The notes under the pieces are model-generated. The model had not been told where the DNA came from and searched no databases. It saw nothing but the letters and a program-made list of their open reading frames with translations. From positions 157,293-221,292 of IMG/VR virus record IMGVR_UViG_3300040801_004034: 64,000 nt of DNA; one strand, given 5' to 3'. The first letter of the stretch is position 1. Each line of letters starts with the position of its first letter. The translations under genes were made by a program, and so were the position numbers. Shown one piece after another: positions 1-9,994 of the stretch.

Positions 1-240
1 AATCAATTTATATGAATGAAAATGTCGGTAGTGCACTATGGGCAATGATCGGTCAAAGAGAAGAACCTGGTGGTCATGTTGTACACACATATGTATCATT
101 TGCAACACAAAATGGTGATATACTAGATGAAAATACAATTACACAAGCACGTTTAGTTGTGAGCAGAATCAAAGCAAATGCAGCAGAGTATAGACGCGTT
201 CATGGTTACTCACCATATTCAGATTAAACATAAATAATGT

Positions 241-729
241 ATGCCCTGGATATCGTCAGAAATTCATTATGAACGAGTAAATATCAAGAAGAAAACGATC
301 TTTGGTTGGAGACGTAAATTAGGATATCGTTTAACAAAAGATCTCAGATATAAAGCTGGTGATGGTGTTTTTTATGTTTTAAAACGTGGTTATATTTGGG
401 ACGGCCCATCATACCCAAATTGGCTTAGTTGGATTATAGGTGATAAAACAACGGATGGTGCATTAGCTGCATCAGCATTCCATGACATTCATAATAAGAT
501 ACCAGCTCGTTATGTTACATATAACAGTGATAAATCACAAAAAATGTATTATGTAACAATGTCTATTAAAGATGGTGCTGCATTTTATGATAAACTGCTT
601 GATGAATGGCCGGATAGTAACCAAACAGTGAAAGGATGGCAATCCAACACACAACGATTTGGTTTAATAGTTTTTCAGCCAATATATCGTCTGTTGAATG
701 ATAATGAAGATTGGCTACTGGATGAATAA
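241..729 (+). CDS. DUF1353-like protein (late gene)
   Basis: YIWDGPSYPNWLSW...AASAFHD resembles the DUF1353 DGASxP...HD pattern; TAAATA box at 231-236. Confidence 0.55.
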   Translation: MPWISSEIHYERVNIKKKTIFGWRRKLGYRLTKDLRYKAGDGVFYVLKRGYIWDGPSYPNWLSWIIGDKTTDGALAASAFHDIHNKIPARYVTYNSDKSQKMYYVTMSIKDGAAFYDKLLDEWPDSNQTVKGWQSNTQRFGLIVFQPIYRLLNDNEDWLLDE

Positions 730-737
730 ATAATTAT

Positions 738-935
738 ATGAGCATGTTAAGAAAAATAAAACGTTTTTTCAATCTTCCGATCGTTGAATGGGTTGAAAAC
801 ACACAAAAAAATACAAGTAATGAAGCTGATGAATATCTTTATATTTTTTCACCAACTGAAGGTGACCTTATGTTAACAATCGGAGATGTTAAAGCAGCTA
901 AAAAGCTCGCAAGTAAAAATAACGAGGATAAATAA
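738..935 (+). CDS. small hypothetical late protein
   Basis: ORF with TAAATA at 727-732, 5 nt before ATG. Confidence 0.55.
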   Translation: MSMLRKIKRFFNLPIVEWVENTQKNTSNEADEYLYIFSPTEGDLMLTIGDVKAAKKLASKNNEDK

Positions 936-939
936 TATT

Positions 940-1098
940 ATGCCATTACATACAACACTAGTACCACCTGCATCAGGTGGAAGCATGACAACGGGTTATC
1001 TAGAAGATTTCATGAACACCACGGTAACTGCAGCTTCAGGGACTTTGATTCAAGTACTTGACGCAAGTGGTCGTCTTCTTCTTGTATGGTCTGATTAA
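940..1098 (+). CDS. small hypothetical late protein (start revised to ATG 940)
   Basis: TAAATA at 929-934, 5 nt before ATG 940. Confidence 0.5.
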   Translation: MPLHTTLVPPASGGSMTTGYLEDFMNTTVTAASGTLIQVLDASGRLLLVWSD

Positions 1099-1102
1099 AC
1101 CT

Positions 1103-2866
1103 TTAAGCTACTGGCTCTTCTGGCACCGGTTCACCAACCGGTGTCTCCGGCTCTACTGGTATATCTTCAGTACCCCCTGCATCAGCTGGAGCTCCTCCGA
1201 AGTCAGGGATTCCGCCACCTCCTCCGCCGAGGTCCGCTCCGCCGAGATCACCTTCTGCTCCTTCAACACCTTGCTCCATATTTTCTCTCCAGTCAGGACC
1301 ACCTGCAGTAATTTGTGCAATTTCCCAATCAGTTTCAGCATCTTTACGACGTGCATGTCTATTAGCTTTAATACGGTCATCATCCCAACCAAGATAAAGC
1401 TTTTGTGCAAATGTTGGTGATATACTTTCATTACCAGCAATAGCATTAAAGTTGTCCATTCGTAGAGACAATTTCTGACTTTCACGCATTTCGTAAAAGT
1501 TAGTCGGTACATTCATTGTAATATCAATGTTATGCGCTTTGATATCAAATTTCTTATCTAGCTTTTTAAGCTTAAGATGAGCAATAAATCCGTTTTTAAG
1601 ACCGTTAGCAAACTGCTGCTGTAATCTGATAATAAAATTAGCAAATCTAAGTTCTTGTCTTAAGATTTCATTACCATCAGAAAAACCTTGTTCTGGGTTT
1701 ATACGAGTACCTGGCACTTTAAGTGCTTTGTAAAGCTTTTCGACGAAGTAAAGCAAGTCTGTAAGCTCACCGAGGTTTTGACCACCTTCAAGTTGTGTAA
1801 CGGATGTACCTTCACTACCAGTACGCTTTGCGAACCAGAAACTATCTAGCATACTTTGAGGATTGAATTTTTGTACTTGACCTTCTTGATTCGTGTCAAA
1901 CGTCTTTTTGCTCCAATACTGCTGAATTAATTTACGGAGATAAGCTTCTGCTTTTGGTGGCGGAAGGTTACCGGTATCAACATTGAATACTAGACGTTCT
2001 GGTGCACGAACTAGACGATAGATTACAATAGAATCTTCAATAAGAGACAGCTGTCTATATGCACGTCTACCGTTTTCAATATGCGGCATTCTAAACGTCT
2101 TATCGTGATTCCAAACACCAGAGTGTACATATGTAATTTGATTTTCTTCCATCGGAATCAAATCGTATCCGACAACCTTTTCAGGCTTCTGTGGATCAAA
2201 GATTGGTTTACGTAAAATATACCCTTTGATCATCATGTTTTGAATATTATCAAAAATAGGATCAATCAACTCACATGGTAATGTTACAGCACCTAAAATA
2301 CCTTCATCTATATGATTGTTATGAATGATGTGTTCAAAATAAACTTCCCCTTCAATTAACAACTGTCTGAAATACTCGAACCCTTTCTTCTCTAACTCGA
2401 AATGATCTACATATTTTTGAAATTCTTCTTTAAGTAAAGTTTCATATTCTGAATCGATTTCAGTATTTTTAATTTTAAGATAAGCTACACGACCTTCATC
2501 ATCAAGGTTAACACACTCATCGCAAATTTCATCTAGTGCTGTTGCAACTTCAGCAAAGGCAGCCATAACTCTATACTCAGATAATCTACCACCTTTATTC
2601 TCATCGATATTAGAATAAACAAGCTGCGCATAATCACCATCTCTTGAAATAGCTGCTGCTCCTTGTTCATTATACCCGTTGTTATAAAATATACTATTCT
2701 TAGCTAGTGCTTCATTGCGATCCATGCCCAATTGCTGGAAAGCTGGGTATTTTGGATTCAGGTTGCCGAACACATTATCAAAGTCTACCGGTTGATATGG
2801 TAGTTTGTTTGTTAAATTCTTGAATAGGTCAGATTTAAAGAATCCTTTTTTATCGTCTTGAGCCAT
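1103..2866 (-). CDS. gp20: T4 gp20-like portal vertex protein
   Basis: EDSIVIYRLVRAPERLVFNVDTGNLPPPKAEAYL, DSFWFAKR, TQLEGGQNLGE, LYKALKVP motifs typical of T4-like portals. Confidence 0.95.
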   Translation of the reverse strand: MAQDDKKGFFKSDLFKNLTNKLPYQPVDFDNVFGNLNPKYPAFQQLGMDRNEALAKNSIFYNNGYNEQGAAAISRDGDYAQLVYSNIDENKGGRLSEYRVMAAFAEVATALDEICDECVNLDDEGRVAYLKIKNTEIDSEYETLLKEEFQKYVDHFELEKKGFEYFRQLLIEGEVYFEHIIHNNHIDEGILGAVTLPCELIDPIFDNIQNMMIKGYILRKPIFDPQKPEKVVGYDLIPMEENQITYVHSGVWNHDKTFRMPHIENGRRAYRQLSLIEDSIVIYRLVRAPERLVFNVDTGNLPPPKAEAYLRKLIQQYWSKKTFDTNQEGQVQKFNPQSMLDSFWFAKRTGSEGTSVTQLEGGQNLGELTDLLYFVEKLYKALKVPGTRINPEQGFSDGNEILRQELRFANFIIRLQQQFANGLKNGFIAHLKLKKLDKKFDIKAHNIDITMNVPTNFYEMRESQKLSLRMDNFNAIAGNESISPTFAQKLYLGWDDDRIKANRHARRKDAETDWEIAQITAGGPDWRENMEQGVEGAEGDLGGADLGGGGGGIPDFGGAPADAGGTEDIPVEPETPVGEPVPEEPVA

Positions 2867-2908
2867 TGTAATTATTTAATTGTAACCACTGTTTTAATCA
2901 ATACTATG

Positions 2909-4084
2909 TTATAGATCGTATGATATATAGTTACCAGAGAGGTCAGTTATAACCTGATCGAGATAAGTCACAATACCGATACCACTGTCTAACATCATAA
3001 TATTCGTATCACCAGCACTGAAAGATTGTGTATTTAGCGTGTAACTACTATCTGTGTATCCAGCATCATTAATTGTAACAAACACCACATCAAATGACGA
3101 TGCTGCACTTAATGATGGCAAGTCAAACATCAAAATATTATCATTTAAAACTGTCGGTATAATCTCTTGACCTGAAACCGGTGCTTGTTGAGATGTGAAT
3201 CCTGATACCGTTTTAACACTAGAGTACACATCCGGGTTATTCGATGATAATAATACAGTTTCAACATGATTGAAACCATACCCTTCAAGAGTTATATTAC
3301 CTGTTGTACCGTATGCTAATGGTAATCTAGTGAAAAGCTGTCGTTGACCGTAGTATATGCTTGTTATTTCAGGTGCACCGCTCAATACACGACGACTAAT
3401 ATCACCAGTATCAAGATCAGCTGATGTAATTAGATTAACATCGTAAAAGTTTTGTCTTATATTATGAATTTCACCTACTGGATCAGCTGTATCTTTAAAC
3501 AACCATCCTTTAAGAGTGAAGTTCGTTTCAGAAACAACTCTATCCTTTTTTGATGAATCTCTATTTAGTTCATGCGTCGTTGATATATCACCGCTCCACA
3601 ACACCGTTGTTCGAATTTCCTGTATGTTTGGAAGTTTAAATTGTATTGGCACCGGCCAACTTATAATAACATACGGGTCACAAAAAGGTATGAAATTCGA
3701 TATAATCTGATCCATATCAGTATCATAACGCGACATAATTGCCATCGATATCTCAATATTTACCGGTACAGGGGCTTTAATATGTGAATGACTTGCTGCT
3801 TCAGTTAAATCACTAAAGTACCCGCCGTCGATCTTATTACGTTGTCTGACGCTATCACGTTTTAACCCAGTCATATTAACACTCACAACCGGTAATGTAA
3901 GTGTTTTATTCTCATTAACAATGTCGTGCATCACACGTTCTTTCGGTGCATACACGTATCTTACACTGATTCGATCTTGTTCAGAACGATTTTTGTTATA
4001 GCGACCAATAACTATATCATCGAACGCAGCACAAAACTGCGTGATAATATCTGAAATTTCAAAATAGAATGGACGGGACTTCAC
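2909..4084 (-). CDS. gp15: T4 gp15-like tail terminator / sheath stabiliser with C-terminal extension
   Basis: N-terminal FYFEISDIITQFCAAFDDI, YAPKER, TLPVVS, PVPVNIEISM, DMDQIISNFIPF match gp15; GTG start after TAAATA. Confidence 0.8.
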   Translation of the reverse strand: MKSRPFYFEISDIITQFCAAFDDIVIGRYNKNRSEQDRISVRYVYAPKERVMHDIVNENKTLTLPVVSVNMTGLKRDSVRQRNKIDGGYFSDLTEAASHSHIKAPVPVNIEISMAIMSRYDTDMDQIISNFIPFCDPYVIISWPVPIQFKLPNIQEIRTTVLWSGDISTTHELNRDSSKKDRVVSETNFTLKGWLFKDTADPVGEIHNIRQNFYDVNLITSADLDTGDISRRVLSGAPEITSIYYGQRQLFTRLPLAYGTTGNITLEGYGFNHVETVLLSSNNPDVYSSVKTVSGFTSQQAPVSGQEIIPTVLNDNILMFDLPSLSAASSFDVVFVTINDAGYTDSSYTLNTQSFSAGDTNIMMLDSGIGIVTYLDQVITDLSGNYISYDL

Positions 4085-4092
4085 ACAATTAT

Positions 4093-4557
4093 TTAATCAA
4101 CTTCCCACGGGAAGTGAATCCAACTAGTGCCTGCATTTCCGCAGTGATATGTTTTAATATCAAATGTTGTATCATCACGTCTTAACAATGAGCAATATGT
4201 TACATTTATTTGAGGGTAAAATGTGGATAAAAATACAGAAACTTTTCTGAATGTTTCTCCGGAATCATTAATATCATCCACAACAATAACATTTTTAAAC
4301 ATGTCTAATTGCGGTGTCTGTTTAATACACCCAGCACCATCTCTCAAGCTAACTGAGAAATTAACGAGTTCATTACAACCGAACTTGTATGCTAACATAG
4401 TGGCAGGAATTAAGCCGCCTCTACCTATTCCGATAACACAGTCAGTTTCAATCTCGTCAACTTTAAGTTGATTATGTAAATCAGTGATGTAATGATCTAC
4501 ATATTCCCATGGTAAAGAAAACTTATCATGCGGTTTTTCAGTTTTAAATAAATGCAT
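4093..4557 (-). CDS. purine phosphoribosyltransferase (gpt/hpt-like)
   Basis: IGIGRGGLIPA, PRPP loop VVDDINDSGETF, C-terminal WIHFPWE. Confidence 0.85.
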   Translation of the reverse strand: MHLFKTEKPHDKFSLPWEYVDHYITDLHNQLKVDEIETDCVIGIGRGGLIPATMLAYKFGCNELVNFSVSLRDGAGCIKQTPQLDMFKNVIVVDDINDSGETFRKVSVFLSTFYPQINVTYCSLLRRDDTTFDIKTYHCGNAGTSWIHFPWEVD

Positions 4558-4584
4558 ACTCTAAATTATGGAGTAAAGATACAC

Positions 4585-4959
4585 TTAATCCATGTATGCA
4601 TCATATGTATTTTTAAAGTGTTTTAATAAAGACAGCTTATCATCAACTGCATAAACACCATTATCAAGCATACGCTTAATATCTTCAACACATCTTCGCA
4701 TCAAATTTTCCAACTGTTCTAATCTCATTGAACCGTACCCTGGTACAAGAATTTCACTACTGTCGGAAATTTCTGATTCCTGCTCTACACCTGTACTTGC
4801 ACTGTATGGTGATCCTTCCACTTTACCTTTACCTTGGAGACCAGGAAAAGCACTGGATGGTCCTTGACTATGAGGTGCATATTGACTATTTTGTCTTGTT
4901 TGATTGTATGCACCAGGATAATTTTCCATGATTAATTCGTTATCGCTCTTTTCGATCAT
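4585..4959 (-). CDS. hypothetical late protein, possible internal head protein
   Basis: TAAGTA box at 4965-4970; N-terminus DNELIMENY resembles that of 35076..35438. Confidence 0.5.
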   Translation of the reverse strand: MIEKSDNELIMENYPGAYNQTRQNSQYAPHSQGPSSAFPGLQGKGKVEGSPYSASTGVEQESEISDSSEILVPGYGSMRLEQLENLMRRCVEDIKRMLDNGVYAVDDKLSLLKHFKNTYDAYMD

Positions 4960-4970
4960 ATCATTACTTA

Positions 4971-5420
4971 TTAGAAAAAGTCATCTAATCTTGATGCAAT
5001 TTTTTCCCATTCTTTACATTCATGTTCATATTTGTTATTTGCATATTTATCATGATCAATATCATCATTAGAGTCCGGAACGTAATCGACTACATCTCTT
5101 ACAGGTGCTCTATCAATGTTGCATTGTATCCAGTGTTTAAATTCATGTACAATAGTCTGTATAACGAACTGTCGCTTTGTACGGAACACTCGAGCACCAT
5201 AAAATTCGTCCCCAATCTGAATCTCGTTTGTACCCCATATATACCCAGAAACTGGTCCTGGTACGACAGAAATACTCAACGTATAAAACCAAATTTTAGT
5301 TGTTCTCTTATGATGATTAGCAAGAAATGATAGACAATTTTCTAAACGATGCTTCTTAATTCCGTATTCCTTTAGAAGTTTTCTAAACTTTGCATCATAT
5401 TCTATCGAAATAACTATCAC
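4971..5420 (-). CDS. HExxH putative metallopeptidase-like protein
   Basis: TIVHEFKHWIQ motif with downstream YEHEC. Confidence 0.5.
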   Translation of the reverse strand: MIVISIEYDAKFRKLLKEYGIKKHRLENCLSFLANHHKRTTKIWFYTLSISVVPGPVSGYIWGTNEIQIGDEFYGARVFRTKRQFVIQTIVHEFKHWIQCNIDRAPVRDVVDYVPDSNDDIDHDKYANNKYEHECKEWEKIASRLDDFF

Positions 5421-5815
5421 AGACTTTCAGTTCTATTTTCTTTTAAAACATCGATAAGTGTTCTGAATGATTTTCTTCCTGCTTCTTCAGCAGCTTCTTT
5501 ACTTTCAAACCCGAAATTGTACTTATCAGGGGGATATTGTTCTTTCTCAGATTCTGTTTCGTCTTTTACTGTATCGACTTTAAGGTATTTGAATGCCCAT
5601 TGAGCACCTGCTATAAATGCCTTGTGAGCTTCCGTGGTAAACATGTCACCATCTTCAACCTTATCCATGCCGTTTTCTTCGCTATACTCATCTATGCCAT
5701 AGCACATAGCGGTCCAATCATCAATAAAAAGATCTCCTTTTTTATAACACTCCTTACGACACTCTTCCCAGATTCGTATAAATCGTTCATCTGTAATTGG
5801 CTTCATATTTTCCAT
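5417..5815 (-). CDS. hypothetical protein
   Basis: ORF; TATAAT 6 nt upstream of ATG. Confidence 0.6.
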   Translation of the reverse strand: MENMKPITDERFIRIWEECRKECYKKGDLFIDDWTAMCYGIDEYSEENGMDKVEDGDMFTTEAHKAFIAGAQWAFKYLKVDTVKDETESEKEQYPPDKYNFGFESKEAAEEAGRKSFRTLIDVLKENRTESL

Positions 5816-5840
5816 AACTCTATTATAATATATTTTTATA

Positions 5841-6443
5841 TTATGTCCACATTTGCTTACGATTTCTGATAATCCAGCTCATGTAAAATTCTTCTTGTTT
5901 GTTTAGCTTTTCTTCAAGCTTATCATGGTGACTATAGCATTCTTCATATGAAAACTTAGATGGTTTCAATTTCTTTAATGATAGTTGATCGTCAATTTTA
6001 CATGGTTCATCTTCCCATTCAAGTGGTCCAGCTTTATTCGTTGCAGCTGTGAGTGCATCATCTATTTGTTTCTGTAATTTCGGTCGGCGAACCTTCACAA
6101 AATCATAACAATCTGTAAGTTCTTTTGCAAACTTCTTATGATCATCACAATCATCATATGCGACCCGTTCAAAACATTCTTCACCTTCTACGAAATGAAT
6201 AACACAACCGAATAAAAATTCCTCGATAAGATAATCTTTATCATGCCATTCATATTTCGGAATGTATGTTCGTACCCAACGTTGTGGTGACTTGAAGAAC
6301 TGCTTAATGTAATCAAGCCAGTTCATTCGATATCGGGGTAGAATGAATCCCCACACATCATCAACGAAGAAGTCGTAAACATCATATACGAATTTCGGAA
6401 GATTATACATCCTCCATTCCATTTTGAATTTAAAATCGTTCAT
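5841..6443 (-). CDS. hypothetical protein
   Basis: 200-aa ORF abutting neighbours; ends WIIRNRKQMWT. Confidence 0.65.
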   Translation of the reverse strand: MNDFKFKMEWRMYNLPKFVYDVYDFFVDDVWGFILPRYRMNWLDYIKQFFKSPQRWVRTYIPKYEWHDKDYLIEEFLFGCVIHFVEGEECFERVAYDDCDDHKKFAKELTDCYDFVKVRRPKLQKQIDDALTAATNKAGPLEWEDEPCKIDDQLSLKKLKPSKFSYEECYSHHDKLEEKLNKQEEFYMSWIIRNRKQMWT

Positions 6444-6706
6444 TATGTTATTGGTTCAATTTCAAAACATTCGAGCCTTTGAAACAATTCGTTTTGTGAT
6501 ACAACCGTGATACCTTTTCCAGACAAGCTGAAAACATAAACATATAATGCGTGTATACCTCTGCTTCCAACAGTACGTTTGAATTCACATGTAAAGTAGA
6601 TACAATCACCTTCTTTAATATCACAAAAACCATAAGCTGTTGTTTTCTTTTTGATTGCAGTTACCCTATACTGGCCTGATTGAAATGGTATTGTTAATTC
6701 TTCCAT
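6443..6706 (-). CDS. hypothetical protein (start revised to ATG 6706)
   Basis: first ATG after the structured 6716-6925 element. Confidence 0.5.
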   Translation of the reverse strand: MEELTIPFQSGQYRVTAIKKKTTAYGFCDIKEGDCIYFTCEFKRTVGSRGIHALYVYVFSLSGKGITVVSQNELFQRLECFEIEPIT

Positions 6707-6715
6707 ATAAAAGGT

Positions 6716-6925
6716 GAGGTTCAAGAACCGAAGTTCAACGAAAAGTTTCGCTGCTAAGTTTTTTGTTTTACGATTTTCGTTTTACAGTTTACAGAAGCTA
6801 AATTTTGTATTTTAGATGTCGATATCTGTATATATACGAAGTCCGATTGGACCAGTTCATCAAGTCTCCGAAGAGAGTATGATAAGTGCTACTTGCTTTT
6901 CATACCCGCCCGATTCTATCCCCTC
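6716..6925 (-). ncRNA. candidate structured ncRNA / 3' element with 7-nt A-rich repeats
   Basis: closing helix GAGG..GAATCGGG / TTCGGTTC..CCTC; stems GTATGA/TCATAC, TCTC-TTCG-GAGA (cUUCGg), GTCC-AATC-GGAC, CAGCGAA/TTCGTTG; heptad run in between. Confidence 0.6.
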
Positions 6926-6930
6926 ATAAA

Positions 6931-7374
6931 CTAAATTGATGTTGTTGCGTTGAAATCATCGACCTCGTCTTGAAGATCATTGATCTCTTCTTTGATCACT
7001 TGCAATCTTGCGTCAACATCATCTTGGGTAACAAAAGCTTCAAACACATCATATTCTTCAGGTGCATCGCGCGTGAATCGAGATTTACTAAACTTACCTT
7101 CTTTTGTGTCGAGGCATTCGAAAAAGCCTAGCTGTCCTTTGAGTTCAGCCATTCTGATCAGCTTAACTGCAATTGGTGCAGTTGCAACTTGAATTGCAGC
7201 CTTGAGACTAATCAGTTGAGCAAGTTTATCATCAAGTTGAACGAACGACTCACTAACTTTAGTATGATTAAACTTATCTTCAAGCTGTGAATTCTCACGG
7301 TTAATGATAGATTTAACTGTGTTGATCTCACCTACAAGGCGATTTTTAACTTTTAATGCTTTGCTTAATTTCAT
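6931..7374 (-). CDS. all-helical DIP1984/DUF6847-like protein
   Basis: MKLSKALKVKNRL...LKAAIQVAT...INDLQDEVDDFNATTSI resembles that family from memory; own GGAAC-N5-TATAAT promoter at 7381-7396. Confidence 0.5.
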   Translation of the reverse strand: MKLSKALKVKNRLVGEINTVKSIINRENSQLEDKFNHTKVSESFVQLDDKLAQLISLKAAIQVATAPIAVKLIRMAELKGQLGFFECLDTKEGKFSKSRFTRDAPEEYDVFEAFVTQDDVDARLQVIKEEINDLQDEVDDFNATTSI

Positions 7375-7793
7375 AGTTGTATTATATCGTTGTTCCTATT
7401 ATTTTTTACCCTTTTCGTAAATTTCTTTCATTGTTCTTTTACATCCCACACAGTATGTTTTACACCTGCTTAGTTCACATTTTCGAATGCACTGTTTCAT
7501 ACATGTCTATCCCAGAATATTCCACCTAACCATAGAAAGATGCATGAACGAGCTGTTTTTCTAATACGGAATTGATTTCTCGATACACGCTCGGTTGAAC
7601 TTGGCGGGAATTTATCGCGAGTTATTTCAAAATTATTCCAAAATATCAGCGGAAGAATTTCCATCCCCGCTTCGATATTACCTTTACTGGTATAGAAATT
7701 AGCAACTGCAGTATTGCGGTTCTTCCAACCATAAAACTCGAACAATTCAATCTCGATAAATCTACCAGACTTCGTTGTAATATTCCACTTCAT

Positions 7794-8243
7794 TTACTCT
7801 GCTTCTTTTACCATAGCATCAAAGTCAATTGCATTAACAGCATTAACGATGATTACAGGTTCTTTCGTCTTTACACTGATATCTCGTTCAGTAAGAAGCT
7901 TTCTCTTTACGTCTCCCATAGCGTTAGCAATGGTCTCCACTGGAATCTTCATGCCTTTACGTGTGAGATTGTGTTCAGCTGCTGCTTCTTTAATGCGTTT
8001 CACAACATCAACATGCGGAACACTTTCAGGCGTCTGAACAATATACATTGGAATTTCAGCAATGTTTTCATCTTCACTCAATGCAACAATTACGAATTGC
8101 TTCGGCTCTTTTGGGAGAGGCGGCTCTTTTGCTGCTTCTTGTTCAGCTTCTGCTTTGCTGATAATTTCTGCTCGTGTCGGCAAGTCGAGTTGCGGATAAT
8201 CTGCTAGGACGCTTTCGAATATTTCTTTGTCTATTTTTTTCAT
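7794..8243 (-). CDS. hypothetical protein
   Basis: ORF with GGAAC-N5-TACAAT at 8256-8271. Confidence 0.65.
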   Translation of the reverse strand: MKKIDKEIFESVLADYPQLDLPTRAEIISKAEAEQEAAKEPPLPKEPKQFVIVALSEDENIAEIPMYIVQTPESVPHVDVVKRIKEAAAEHNLTRKGMKIPVETIANAMGDVKRKLLTERDISVKTKEPVIIVNAVNAIDFDAMVKEAE

Positions 8244-8292
8244 AAATTCTAAATGATTGTAACACTGTTCCTTCTTGAATAAATAATAAAAT

Positions 8293-9606
8293 ATGACAAT
8301 TACAAAATTTAGTCAGCTCGTAAAGCTCGTAAATGAAGAGTTTTACAAAGATGGTGATACATTAAAGTTTACAACAGATTCAAACGATGATAATGTATTG
8401 AAATTTACTGATTCTTTAACAACAGTTAAAGGTGATAATTCAACATTTATAAGAAACAGGGGATTATCTCAAGGTAATTGGCATAGAGTGTATTATGGGT
8501 ATGATGTTGTGGACGATACCGATATGAGAAAAAGTGTTATGAGAATACCGAAGACATTTACATCGGGTTCAGCTGATCCAAAATCATACGATTCAAACAT
8601 AAATACAACACATTATGATTATGATGCATTTACTGATAAGGAATATCAAATGTTAATAGATAGAGCAATTGATGGGTTCGTATCAAAACCATACACAGCT
8701 AAGACGCATTATAATTTAATTGTGTATCCGAGTAGTAGATCACCTCATGTTATGGATATTGTACAGTCAATTCAAAATAAAATTGGTTATGAATTACCAG
8801 CTATAGAACACAAAAAAATTCCTAATACAACAACAGGTTGGAAACAAATATTTGGATTAAATGACCCAGATAACAGTAAAAATATTGTCAATACGCTGTA
8901 CAATAAAATCTTCGGAGATGCTAATCATTCCAGTAATGTAGCAGCTACTGCAAAAACAGAAATAAATGATGCTGCAAATGCGGTAATGACAAACCATAAA
9001 AGCAATGACGATAAATACATTTCAGTTGCAACTCATTTACGCGGTGCAGGTGAGCCGGTTTTAATACAACAAATAATCGATGCGTTAAACCAAAATGGGT
9101 TCTTCGAAAAATTTCCAGGTGCTAAACAACCTAAGCTAGGTGGTCATTTAGATCAATATGCAACTAATTCTGTATTCAGACAAGAAAGACTGAACAAAAA
9201 GCTTGGTGAGGATCAGCTTAATATTTTATTTGTGGATGATAATATTAATACAGGGGATACGTATAAGCAGTTACAAGCTGTAATTACAAAATCGCCTGAT
9301 CAGCATTGGGATTTCTTTTACCTTATTAAAAAGGAAAGTTATGGAAATACAGAAGGTGATATTGGTACTGGGGAAATCGAACAGCTTGAATCACAAAAAG
9401 TTAGTATTTCAAAAACGATTTCCGATCTCAACCTTAGGCTCAAAAAATTGAACGATGTTGAAAATTTCTCTTCTATGGACCTTGGTTTGAGCGATATGAG
9501 ACGAGAAAAGGAGCAAAAGGAAAAGACAAATCAGTTAGAATCACTTACAAACCAGCTTGCTGAACTTGAAAAGAAGATCAAGCAACTAAGCTGGCAGAGG
9601 GAATAG
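8293..9606 (+). CDS. late protein with phosphoribosyltransferase-like domain and C-terminal coiled coil
   Basis: LIVYPSSRS and ILFVDDNINTGDTY (PRPP-binding loop); TAAATA at 8280-8285. Confidence 0.6.
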   Translation: MTITKFSQLVKLVNEEFYKDGDTLKFTTDSNDDNVLKFTDSLTTVKGDNSTFIRNRGLSQGNWHRVYYGYDVVDDTDMRKSVMRIPKTFTSGSADPKSYDSNINTTHYDYDAFTDKEYQMLIDRAIDGFVSKPYTAKTHYNLIVYPSSRSPHVMDIVQSIQNKIGYELPAIEHKKIPNTTTGWKQIFGLNDPDNSKNIVNTLYNKIFGDANHSSNVAATAKTEINDAANAVMTNHKSNDDKYISVATHLRGAGEPVLIQQIIDALNQNGFFEKFPGAKQPKLGGHLDQYATNSVFRQERLNKKLGEDQLNILFVDDNINTGDTYKQLQAVITKSPDQHWDFFYLIKKESYGNTEGDIGTGEIEQLESQKVSISKTISDLNLRLKKLNDVENFSSMDLGLSDMRREKEQKEKTNQLESLTNQLAELEKKIKQLSWQRE

Positions 9607-9607
9607 T

Positions 9608-9994
9608 TTAATCCCAATTCCAGGTTTCATAATACAAATCATCAACCTCGAACTCATCCCAGAATTCTTTACCGCATGTAGGACAGGTACCATATAATGT
9701 CTTCCAATGACCAGGTTTATTAGGATATCCGGTCATACCACTTGTTCTAACCTTCATTTTAAGATCTTTATGTCCGCAATAATCGTTCTAGATCGTTTCA
9801 ATTTCCTGTACGACTTGTTGCTGAACCTTCTTGATTAGATCTTGTTTATCATTTGTGGTATTAATTTGTAGTTGCAAGTAAAAATGATCTTGTTTACGGT
9901 GATCTACCGTAAACTTATCTTCCATCAAAGCATTCACATTTTTGACATGCACAAACCCTGTCTCTGAGATAGTTCTCCAATCAAATTTTCTCAT
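9608..9994 (-). pseudogene. Zn-ribbon protein interrupted by in-frame TAG at 9788-9790
   Basis: ATG 9994 overlaps the thyA stop; frame continues ...EIETI*NDYCGHKD...CPTCGKEF...WD to TAA 9608. Confidence 0.55.
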
